Virus record (IMG/VR): IMGVR_UViG_3300016466_000283 | Coordinates: 1-44,370 of that record | Strand: one strand, 5' to 3' | Length of the DNA: 44,370 bases | From: a virus | Lineage: Duplodnaviria > Caudoviricetes | Shown: positions 27,474 to 35,517 of the stretch, piece after piece | Layout: each line of letters begins with the position of its first letter | Numbering within the stretch: position 1 is the stretch's first letter | The notes under the pieces: generated by a model | What the model was told of the DNA's origin: nothing | The model's input: only the letters and a program-made list of their open reading frames with translations | Databases searched by the model: none | Position numbers and translations under genes: made by a program

Positions 27474-27563
27474 GGTTAGAATATGGTATTTGTAGCATTT
27501 GTAATATTGATAATAATAATAGTAGTAGTAGCTACTGATAAAGATTTGTATTGAGAATATAAA

Positions 27564-27579
27564 TCAAAATTGATATAAT
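27564..27579 (+). promoter_or_regulatory. Late-type promoter TCAAAATTGATATAAT
   Basis: Repeated motif with one extra T. Confidence 0.65.
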
Positions 27580-27608
27580 TATATTGTAATAATTTAATTT
27601 TTAAACAT

Positions 27609-27713
27609 ATGCCTAAGGGTAAAGGGTACGGTAAAATGGTTAAGGGAATGGGAACAAAAATAAAGAAGATGCTTAAGAAGAAGATGGTTGGTAAGAAGAA
27701 GATGAAGAAGTAG
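27609..27713 (+). CDS. 34-aa Lys/Met-rich basic peptide
   Basis: MPKGKGYGKMVKGMGTKIKKMLKKKMVGKKKMKK*. Confidence 0.7.
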   Translation: MPKGKGYGKMVKGMGTKIKKMLKKKMVGKKKMKK

Positions 27714-27714
27714 T

Positions 27715-27993
27715 ATGGCTAAAGATAGTAGATTAGCTAGGGCAGGGGTAAGTGGGTATAATAAACCTAAACGTACCCCTTCACATCCTAAAAAGAGTCA
27801 TATAGTAGTGGCTAAGGTTGGTGATAAGGTTAAGACTATTAGATTTGGGCAGCAAGGGGTGAGTGGGGCTGGTAAGAACCCTAAAACTGCTAAAGAAAAG
27901 GCTCGTAGGAGGTCATTTAAAGCTAGACATAGTAAGAATATAGCTAAAGGTAAGATGAGTGCTGCTTATTGGGCTAATAAGGTTAAGTGGTAG
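27715..27993 (+). CDS. Small basic phage protein
   Basis: K.IRFGQQG..RRRSFKARH..SAAYWA pattern seen in aquatic phages. Confidence 0.75.
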   Translation: MAKDSRLARAGVSGYNKPKRTPSHPKKSHIVVAKVGDKVKTIRFGQQGVSGAGKNPKTAKEKARRRSFKARHSKNIAKGKMSAAYWANKVKW

Positions 27994-28021
27994 AAGTAAT
28001 AATAATTTAATAAACACTACA

Positions 28022-28948
28022 ATGGACCAAGAACAACATAAGTTAATATTAGGAAACTCATTAGAAAAATTAAAGGAATTAGAAGATAATTCTATAGATA
28101 GTATAGTTACAGACCCTCCGTATGAATTAGGATTTATGGGTAAGGGTTGGGATAAGTCTGGAATAGCAAATAATGTAGACTTATGGGCTGAGTGTTTAAG
28201 AGTATTAAAGCCAGGAGGACATTTACTTGCTTTCTCAGGAACACGAACATATCACAGAATGGCAAGTGCTATTGAAGATGCAGGATTTGAGGTAAGAGAT
28301 ATGATTGAGTGGGTATATGGGTCAGGATTTCCCAAAAGTTTGAATATCGGAAAAGTTACAGATAAGTTTCTAAAAACAGGCAATGCTTCTTGGAATGGAA
28401 CTGGCGACGGCAGTAATGGTGCTCTGGGATATTCTAAACTACAACATAAGCAGGATTATAGACCAAATGATTATTCAAATAGACATCAAAATAAAGAAAA
28501 GATAACAGAATCACAGGCAAAACATTGGGAAGGTTGGGGGACAGCTCTTAAACCAGCACACGAACCTATCTGTATGGCTAGAAAACCTTTAGCAGAGAAA
28601 AATGTAGCTCAAAATGTACTAAAATGGGGTACTGGTGGTATAAATGTGGATGAGAGTAGGGTGGATGTTGCTGATAGTGAAAAAATAAAACAAGAAGGTC
28701 ATATTAGAAAAAACAACGTAGTTGGTGATAATAGGACTTCTATTGCTGCTGGTCAATTTGGAGATGGTGCTTTCGTTGCAGGAACTGATTTAACTAATGG
28801 CCGCTTTCCAGCCAATTTAATCTTGTCTTGGAGTTCCGACGAATATATGCTAAAATTAGATGTATCAGTAGATGATTTAATCAAACTAAAAAAGCATTAT
28901 GAGAGACCACAGGTTTTACAGGAAAATATGGGAGAAGATGAACGGTAA
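28022..28948 (+). CDS. N6A/N4C DNA methyltransferase, N-terminal fragment (DPPY)
   Basis: IVTDPPY, RVLKPGG, GSGFPKS, GRFPANLI; ATG 28022 preferred. Confidence 0.9.
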   Translation: MDQEQHKLILGNSLEKLKELEDNSIDSIVTDPPYELGFMGKGWDKSGIANNVDLWAECLRVLKPGGHLLAFSGTRTYHRMASAIEDAGFEVRDMIEWVYGSGFPKSLNIGKVTDKFLKTGNASWNGTGDGSNGALGYSKLQHKQDYRPNDYSNRHQNKEKITESQAKHWEGWGTALKPAHEPICMARKPLAEKNVAQNVLKWGTGGINVDESRVDVADSEKIKQEGHIRKNNVVGDNRTSIAAGQFGDGAFVAGTDLTNGRFPANLILSWSSDEYMLKLDVSVDDLIKLKKHYERPQVLQENMGEDER

Positions 28949-29417
28949 GAAAATACCAAAAGGTTTTCATATCCACCATTTAGACGGAGATAAAACAAAT
29001 AATGATATTAAAAACCTAGTTTGTGTTTCACCCCAAGAACATTTTGAAATCCATCGCAAAAACTTTGAACTGTATGGCAATAAAAAAGATTACTTCTCAA
29101 TGACATATTTACAAAGATATTTAGACAAAAAAATAGACTTCTCAAAATATAAAAGACCAGAGATAAGTGAAAAACACAGACAAGCAATTATAAAAGCACA
29201 CAAAGGAAAGACCCACCCAAATTATCTTATAAGTCATTCAGAAGAAACAAAGAAAAAAATGTCAGAGTTTAGAAGTAAGTATGGGACTTGGAACGCTACA
29301 AAATGTAAAGATATAGAAACAGGAAAAATATATATCTCATATTCACAAGCAGAAAAAGATACTGGGTTAGTTAGGAAGACAAAAGTATTTAATCAAAGAA
29401 TAATATGTATAAAATAA
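28899..29417 (+). mobile_element. Free-standing HNH homing endonuclease (NUMOD-type C-terminus) splitting the methyltransferase
   Basis: IHHLDGDKTNNDIKNL..EH; HSEETKKKMS; overlaps both MTase fragments. Confidence 0.85.
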
Positions 29418-30388
29418 ATCAAGAACAATTTAATACCTTACCAGATGAATTAAAATCATTGTATATAAAACTTCCTAATCCTTCCAGTGATGAGGTGAAA
29501 GAGTGTTTTCCTGAAACAAAAACAGGTAAAGCAATTCGTAGTAATTCTGGTGGTAAAACATTTGGTGGAGAAAACATAAAACCTGCTATGGAAGATTTAG
29601 GCTATGAAGATGGTGGTGGCAACGTTTCTCGTTTTTTCAAATCAATACTTTATCAAGCAAAGAGTTCAAAATCTGAACGCAATAAAGGGCTTGACAAGTT
29701 AGTGTTAGTTGATATAATGGAAGTATTAAATAATAATACTACATTATGCGAAAAGAGTTTAATCAAAGAGGTCAAATTAGCACAGCTCCTGGTGGGTATG
29801 GAACAATCGGGCTTCACGGTCACCGCCGTGTCTGGGACACAGAACAAAAGCGTTACCGAATGGAGCATCGGGTTATTTGGGAAAGATACAACGGAAAAAT
29901 ACCAAGAGGACTACAAATCCATCATATTGATGGAAACCCACTCAATAATGCCATTGAAAATTTACAAATGGTTAATTCACTTACTCACAAACGGATACAT
30001 TCAGGATGTGAGTTTAGAGACGGCTACTGGTGGAAACCTTGTAGGAAGTGCGGAGAATTACAGCGAATTGACAATTACTATAAACGAAAAGATGGCATTA
30101 GCTCTTGGTGTAAAAAATGCTCAATCGCCAACGCGGTTGAAAATAAGCGTAAAAGAAGGTAAGTCAGGTCACCCAACCGTGAAACCAATAGCACTTATGG
30201 AATATCTAATTAAAATGGTAACTCCAAAAGGTGGGATAGTATTAGACCCTTTTATGGGTTCAGGAAGTACAGGTGTGGCTGCAAAGAAGAACGGATATGA
30301 CTTTATAGGGATAGATATGACCCCAGAATATGTAAAAATAGCTAAAGCAAGAATAAATGCTACTGAAATAGAAAATAGACTACTATAA
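29405..30388 (+). CDS. DNA methyltransferase, C-terminal fragment (SAM-binding)
   Basis: SDEVKECFP, SRFF, HPTVKPIALMEYLI, VLDPFMGSGSTG. Confidence 0.9.
   Translation: MYKINQEQFNTLPDELKSLYIKLPNPSSDEVKECFPETKTGKAIRSNSGGKTFGGENIKPAMEDLGYEDGGGNVSRFFKSILYQAKSSKSERNKGLDKLVLVDIMEVLNNNTTLCEKSLIKEVKLAQLLVGMEQSGFTVTAVSGTQNKSVTEWSIGLFGKDTTEKYQEDYKSIILMETHSIMPLKIYKWLIHLLTNGYIQDVSLETATGGNLVGSAENYSELTITINEKMALALGVKNAQSPTRLKISVKEGKSGHPTVKPIALMEYLIKMVTPKGGIVLDPFMGSGSTGVAAKKNGYDFIGIDMTPEYVKIAKARINATEIENRLL
29691..29718 (+). promoter_or_regulatory. Internal promoter for the nested HNH gene
   Basis: TTGACA-16 nt-TATAAT with extended TG, inside the MTase ORF. Confidence 0.7.
29746..30162 (+). mobile_element. 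HNH endonuclease fully nested out of frame inside the MTase C-fragment
   Basis: EHRVIWE..IP.GLQIHHIDGNPLNN.IENL..H; C-terminal CRKC..CKKC. Confidence 0.85.
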
Positions 30389-30389
30389 C

Positions 30390-30418
30390 TTGACAAAAAG
30401 TGTCAAATGTGTTATAAT
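30390..30418 (+). promoter_or_regulatory. Sigma70-type promoter overlapping a palindrome
   Basis: TTGACA-17 nt-TATAAT; TTGACA-aaaag-TGTCAA. Confidence 0.8.
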
Positions 30419-30472
30419 ATTTGTATAATTAAACACTACGAATTATGAAATTAAAATATAAACTTTAAAGGT

Positions 30473-30547
30473 ATGGAACTAATAATTAGCATTGTAGCTA
30501 TACTAGTATGGGGCTGGATAATAATTGAATTGATTAAGATGAAATAA
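30473..30547 (+). CDS. 24-aa membrane peptide
   Basis: MELIISIVAILVWGWIIIELIKMK*. Confidence 0.5.
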   Translation: MELIISIVAILVWGWIIIELIKMK

Positions 30548-30548
30548 T

Positions 30549-30845
30549 ATGAAGTTAAAAACTAAACTTAAAAAAGTAATTACAGAATACACAAAAGAGT
30601 TTTACACTATAATTACAGATGAGCCTTATGATAAAGATAATGTTTACTGGATAGGTGGAGACTATACTGGAGTATGTGGGATTGGAGACTATTATGTAGG
30701 TTTATCAGATATGGTGCTTGTAGTAGACAATAAGATAAGTGGTGAGGATTATATTGACTGGTATTGGACTTATGTGGCTGAAAATAACAAAGATTATATC
30801 AACCTTAGAAGCTATGCTATGAATAAAGGATATAAGATAAAATAA
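30549..30845 (+). CDS. Hypothetical protein
   Basis: 98-aa ORF. Confidence 0.75.
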   Translation: MKLKTKLKKVITEYTKEFYTIITDEPYDKDNVYWIGGDYTGVCGIGDYYVGLSDMVLVVDNKISGEDYIDWYWTYVAENNKDYINLRSYAMNKGYKIK

Positions 30846-31043
30846 GTGTGAAAATTCTTACAAAAACAATTAAAAAAAAAGATAAGGTTAAATATAAAGA
30901 ATATAATTATATTGTAGATGAAATTCGTTCAGATGGGACGGTAGATATAATCTCATATAATCATAATCAAGGAAATTGGGCTGGGGTTAATATAAAAGAA
31001 TTAGTACCAATTTTATATGAATAAAGGGTATAAGATTAAATAA
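30818..31043. repeat. 28-bp direct repeats (30818-30845 and 31016-31043) flanking one gene
   Basis: tatgaataaagg(a/g)tataagat(a/t)aaataa. Confidence 0.85.
30848..31024 (+). CDS. Hypothetical 58-aa protein
   Basis: GTG start; MKILTKTIKKKDKVKYKEYNYIVDEIRSDGTVD...LYE*. Confidence 0.6.
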   Translation: MKILTKTIKKKDKVKYKEYNYIVDEIRSDGTVDIISYNHNQGNWAGVNIKELVPILYE

Positions 31044-31044
31044 T

Positions 31045-31305
31045 ATGACAATCAAAGAATTTATAGAAGACGAAGAAAAGCATAAACAAGTTCTATTAAG
31101 AGCTAGTGTATTGGGTGCATTTGACCAAACAGTCAACCATATTCTCTATAAAATTAAGGCTATGGAGAAACTTTCTGATGATGAGATAGATGAAATAGAG
31201 TTAATGCTATATAGATACTTTGTACCTAAAGATTATAAGCTACCAGATGAACCTCCAATTGAAGCCAAATCACTAGAAGATATTGAGAATATAGAGAGCA
31301 TATAA
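31045..31305 (+). CDS. Hypothetical protein
   Basis: 86-aa ORF. Confidence 0.7.
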   Translation: MTIKEFIEDEEKHKQVLLRASVLGAFDQTVNHILYKIKAMEKLSDDEIDEIELMLYRYFVPKDYKLPDEPPIEAKSLEDIENIESI

Positions 31306-31421
31306 CCCAAAAAAGACCCTGTGAAGAGTCTTATTTGAGATACAAAAACAATAACTTGTTAGTTATTACTCTATTATTATTACATATTGTATTTATTTTG
31401 TCAAAATAGTATACTGTATAT

Positions 31422-31587
31422 ATATCGGTACAATTTGTACGAAGCCAAAAGCTTAGTATGGGTTCTCTGGTATACCGAGCTCAAGGCTAATGTGTTTAGT
31501 AAAGGTAGTGTGGCTAGCAATATTACTGATACAACAGTGCATTGGTACAGGTTCAACATTAAATCACTTCTGCAGGAGTGGTTTTTT
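31422..31587 (+). ncRNA. Putative stand-alone structured sRNA-3
   Basis: Promoter TTGTAT-17 nt-TATACT (31387-31415); several helices; terminator 31561-31587. Confidence 0.6.
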
Positions 31588-31595
31588 GTTTTATA

Positions 31596-31624
31596 TTGAC
31601 ACTTCATTATATCTGTTATAGTAT
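31596..31624 (+). promoter_or_regulatory. Sigma70-type promoter of TerL
   Basis: TTGACA plus TGTTATAGT/TAGTAT. Confidence 0.6.
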
Positions 31625-31645
31625 ATCAGTAATTAAAACAACACT

Positions 31646-33115
31646 ATGCCTAGACCTAAAAAAAATGTTGAGGAAAAAAAAGAACCTAAGTATATTTGGC
31701 AGCCTCATCCAGGTGCTCAAACTGAAGTTTTATTAAGGTCAGAGAAAGAAATATTGTTTGGTGGAGCTAGAGGAGGTGGCAAGACTGATGCTGGTATTGC
31801 TTGGATGATTGAACCTGAATATGTGTCTAATCCTGCTTATAGAGGGCTTGTTTTACGTCTTAATGCTACTGATTTAGGCGATTGGCTAGATAGAGCTAAT
31901 AGATTATATTCTCATTTAGGGGCTAAGATGACTGGTCAACCTTCTGAAATTATATTCCCTTCTGGTGCTAAAATTAGAACTGGTCATCTTGCTGATGAAG
32001 AAGCTTATAACAAGTATAAAGGACACGAATACCAAAAGATTTTGATTGAAGAGTTAACTCAGATACCTTCTGAAAGTCGTTATTTGAAACTATTAGGGTC
32101 TTGTAGGTCTACTATTCCTGGTCTGGAAGCTCAGATATTCTGTACTACTAACCCTGATGGTGTAGGTCATTTATGGGTTAAGAAAAGATTTATTGAAGGT
32201 AAACAAATGGGTAGAACTTTTTATGCTCAAGATGGTAGTACTAGAGTATTTATCCCCTCTTCTATTGAAGATAACCCTTCTTTGTTGTCTACTCCTGGTT
32301 ATATGCAGTATTTAGAGTCTATTAAAGAAACTGACCCTGAATTATATAAACAATGGCGTTATGGAGATTGGACTTCTTTTCAATTAAAAGGTAGTATTTA
32401 TGGCGATTTAATAGATAAAGCCTATGCAGATAATAGAATAATTAGATTTGCTATTGAACCTTCTATACCTGTTAATGGTCTATGGGATTTAGGTATGGAT
32501 GACGCTATGGCTATCTGGCTATATCAACAAGTTGGTAAAGAAGTTAGGTTTATTGGTTATTATGAAAATATGGATGAAGGATTTCAACATTATTATGATG
32601 TATTAAAAGAAATAGCTAAAGACAGAAACTTTACTTTAGGAGTACAATACATACCTCACGACGGTAGAATAAGAGAATTAGGTACTGGCGTGTCTCGTTT
32701 ATCTGTTTTAAGAGATTTATTTGGTGAGGAGAATGTAATGCTTAATATGTCTGAAAAATCACCTATTCCAGCTGTTCACGACGGTATAGAAGGTGTTAAA
32801 CGTATTATTAATACTTCTTATTTCCACGCTGACTATTGTGAAAAAGGTTTAGACCAATTAAAAATGTATCGCAGAAAATGGAATGAGAAAATGAATGTAT
32901 ATCTAAAAGACCCTGTTCACGATGAATTTTCTCACTGTGCTGACGCTTTAAGAACTGGAGCTACTATTATCACTCCAGGTACTTTAGGAGAATGGGGTAA
33001 GAAAGTTATTACACCAGCTCAACTTAATACTTTATCTAATATGACATATTATAGAAATAATCCTAGAGAATTAAGACGTTTATTAATTAGAAGTGTTAAA
33101 AATATTAGAAAATAA
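31646..33115 (+). CDS. terL: Terminase large subunit
   Basis: Walker A GGARGGGKT, Walker B ILIEELTQ, TTNP, WDLG, HD..SH.ADA. Confidence 0.95.
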   Translation: MPRPKKNVEEKKEPKYIWQPHPGAQTEVLLRSEKEILFGGARGGGKTDAGIAWMIEPEYVSNPAYRGLVLRLNATDLGDWLDRANRLYSHLGAKMTGQPSEIIFPSGAKIRTGHLADEEAYNKYKGHEYQKILIEELTQIPSESRYLKLLGSCRSTIPGLEAQIFCTTNPDGVGHLWVKKRFIEGKQMGRTFYAQDGSTRVFIPSSIEDNPSLLSTPGYMQYLESIKETDPELYKQWRYGDWTSFQLKGSIYGDLIDKAYADNRIIRFAIEPSIPVNGLWDLGMDDAMAIWLYQQVGKEVRFIGYYENMDEGFQHYYDVLKEIAKDRNFTLGVQYIPHDGRIRELGTGVSRLSVLRDLFGEENVMLNMSEKSPIPAVHDGIEGVKRIINTSYFHADYCEKGLDQLKMYRRKWNEKMNVYLKDPVHDEFSHCADALRTGATIITPGTLGEWGKKVITPAQLNTLSNMTYYRNNPRELRRLLIRSVKNIRK

Positions 33116-33119
33116 TTTA

Positions 33120-33134
33120 TCAAAATGTTATATT
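33120..33134 (+). promoter_or_regulatory. Late-type promoter TCAAAATGTTATATT
   Basis: Repeated motif before the ejection protein block. Confidence 0.7.
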
Positions 33135-33156
33135 TTAGTATATAATATATACTGAT

Positions 33157-33348
33157 ATGTCTAAAGTAAATAAAGCTAAACAGATTATTAATGCCGAAAG
33201 ACAAAAAAAACTTAATGAAGTAATTAATAGAGTTAACACTATTTTAGCTCAAAAACAGGCATATATAGAAGAATGTGATAAAAAAATACAAGAAATATTA
33301 GGTGATGAGTATATAATTACAAATATTATAGCTTATAAAGAATTATAA
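33157..33348 (+). CDS. Hypothetical protein
   Basis: 63-aa ORF. Confidence 0.7.
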   Translation: MSKVNKAKQIINAERQKKLNEVINRVNTILAQKQAYIEECDKKIQEILGDEYIITNIIAYKEL

Positions 33349-33350
33349 CT

Positions 33351-34445
33351 ATGGCATTACAAAGAGAAGATATTAATCAAGCATATCTAGCTGTATTTGG
33401 AGCTCCTCCTGCAGAGTCTGAAATTAGAGATATTATGGCTAATCCACAATATTGGGGTAATAGTCTTAATTCAGTAGCTCAAAGATTAACTGAGTCTGCT
33501 AGATTTGTTAATCAGCCTGTAAATGCAGAGACTATAACTAGAACTTGGCAAGTGTTTTTTGGTGGACCTCCAGAGAAATCTGAAATTGATGAAGTCTTAA
33601 GAACTCCTCAGTATTGGGGTCGTAATGTTGGTGTTATGAAAGAAAGAGTAATGGCTAGTAGTAGATATGCTCAAGACCCTAATATTAAAGTAGCTGCTAC
33701 TGTTACTAATGAAACTCTTAACCCTTTATTAAGACAAATTGGACTATCTGATGATATTATAAATAGACTAGACCCTGATACTAAAATGTTTTATGGGACT
33801 ATTGGTAAACAAATGATGGACAATATTGAAAAGTCTATCCCAGCTCCTACTACTTTTAATGCTGATACTTTTAAACAATTATATGAACAAGCTCGTAGCA
33901 ATCCTAAAATAAATCAATTTTATGAAGGTATTCAATCTCGTAAAGTAGAAGATATTCTTAATAATATTGCAATAGCACAGCAAGATTATGACTTTACTAA
34001 TAGACAAATGGCTACTCAGTTTACAGAACAAGTTAAGAACTTAGCTGCTCAAACTGAACAAGCTGGTATGTTGTATAGTGGTATTAGAGAAAGAAACCAA
34101 GCTAAATTAGCTGAACAACAAGGTCAAGTTATTGAGTCTACTCAAGCTCAAGCTAAGAGACAATTACAAGATATAGGAAGACAAGCTGAAGAATTGTTAG
34201 GAAGTAAAGCTGTACAAGACTTAAAATTAGTTTTAGCACAACCTACAAATCTTGGAGTAGGAATTGCACCAGAAGTACAACAAACTATGCAACAAGGACC
34301 AAATTTGGGCTATCAAGCCTATGGTACTGCTATTACCTCTGAGCAGTCTGCATTAGGACAACAAAAACAAGCTGAAATACAAGCTGAGTACGAAAGATTG
34401 AAAGCTGAAAGAACATTATTAACCAATCCACAACAATCTACTTAA
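33351..34445 (+). CDS. Putative internal virion/ejection protein
   Basis: 364 aa Q-rich; duplicated N-terminal unit FG.PP..SEI......PQYWG. Confidence 0.55.
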   Translation: MALQREDINQAYLAVFGAPPAESEIRDIMANPQYWGNSLNSVAQRLTESARFVNQPVNAETITRTWQVFFGGPPEKSEIDEVLRTPQYWGRNVGVMKERVMASSRYAQDPNIKVAATVTNETLNPLLRQIGLSDDIINRLDPDTKMFYGTIGKQMMDNIEKSIPAPTTFNADTFKQLYEQARSNPKINQFYEGIQSRKVEDILNNIAIAQQDYDFTNRQMATQFTEQVKNLAAQTEQAGMLYSGIRERNQAKLAEQQGQVIESTQAQAKRQLQDIGRQAEELLGSKAVQDLKLVLAQPTNLGVGIAPEVQQTMQQGPNLGYQAYGTAITSEQSALGQQKQAEIQAEYERLKAERTLLTNPQQST

Positions 34446-34446
34446 T

Positions 34447-35511
34447 ATGGCTGAACAAAACGCTTTACCACGAACACCATCAGGACAGATAGTCCAACCT
34501 ATTAATATGAATGCTCAGGCTAATCAACCTGCTCCTGTTAATATTCCACAGCAACAAGCTCAACCTCAAGCTCAACCTTATATACCTTCTAATCCTGATT
34601 TGCAAACTCCTGCTATGCTAGATATGCAGATTGTACAGCAATTACAGGAAAAAGCTAATACAAATAATAAGTTATTAGACCAAATTAATAGTTTAACAAC
34701 TGCTTTGTCTAAAGGTACTATTGCACCTGAAAATCAAGCTAATCTTACACCTCAACAACTAAGAGCTATCCAAGTTGGTGATATGAATAGTATTGCTCAG
34801 CAAATAGGTATGGTTAAATGGACTATGTCTGCTAGGGGGCAAGAGACTAAAGATAGTATTAACTATTTGCTTAATGGTATGCAGCAAATAAGACAAGAAC
34901 AGGAAGCTAAAAGAATTGCTGCTAGACAGAATATTATGGATGCCTTAAATATAATGGGGTCTGGTGCTTTTGAAGGTTTATCTGCTGATGAAAAGCGTAA
35001 ATTAGAAAAGAACTCTGGTCTTACAACTGGATATTTAGATAGAGCTACTGGTGCATTAAGAGAAACTGAAAGAAAAGCTGAAGAAGCTAGACAATTACAA
35101 ATGGAACAAGCTCGTCAATCTATGCGATTACAACAAGAGCAATTTGAGTTTAGCAAACAACAAGCTGCTGCTGATGAAAGATTTAGACAACAACAACTTG
35201 CTTTCCAAAAAGCTGAAGCTGCTGCAAGTAGAGCAGAAAGAAAAGCTGCTGCTAAAGCTCAACCAACTCCTCAACAACAAGCTATGGCTGCTTTAAGAGA
35301 CCAGTTAAATACAGGTAAAGTATCTGGTAGAGAAGTAGCTATTACTGAAAGTCCAACAGTACAACGAGAAAAAGGAATGATTAATAGAGAACAAGCTATT
35401 GCTGCATTGCAAAAACAATATGCTGGATTAATAGACCCTAAAGTTATAGAAACTGAAGTATATGATATTTTAATTGACCCTGCAGAATTAGCTAGAAGAC
35501 AAGGAAGATAA
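34447..35511 (+). CDS. Putative internal virion/ejection protein
   Basis: 354 aa Q/A-rich coiled-coil. Confidence 0.55.
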   Translation: MAEQNALPRTPSGQIVQPINMNAQANQPAPVNIPQQQAQPQAQPYIPSNPDLQTPAMLDMQIVQQLQEKANTNNKLLDQINSLTTALSKGTIAPENQANLTPQQLRAIQVGDMNSIAQQIGMVKWTMSARGQETKDSINYLLNGMQQIRQEQEAKRIAARQNIMDALNIMGSGAFEGLSADEKRKLEKNSGLTTGYLDRATGALRETERKAEEARQLQMEQARQSMRLQQEQFEFSKQQAAADERFRQQQLAFQKAEAAASRAERKAAAKAQPTPQQQAMAALRDQLNTGKVSGREVAITESPTVQREKGMINREQAIAALQKQYAGLIDPKVIETEVYDILIDPAELARRQGR

Positions 35512-35517
35512 TATAAT

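Noticed and set aside
28899-30162. Group I intron or intein in the methyltransferase
   Set aside because: Overlapping ORFs leave no room for a ribozyme core; no Cys/Ser..His-Asn intein termini; splicing not formally excluded
31387-31607. Overlapping 70-aa (+) and 68-aa (-) ORFs, or a tRNA
   Set aside because: Promoter-structure-terminator layout fits an ncRNA; no cloverleaf around GGTTCAA
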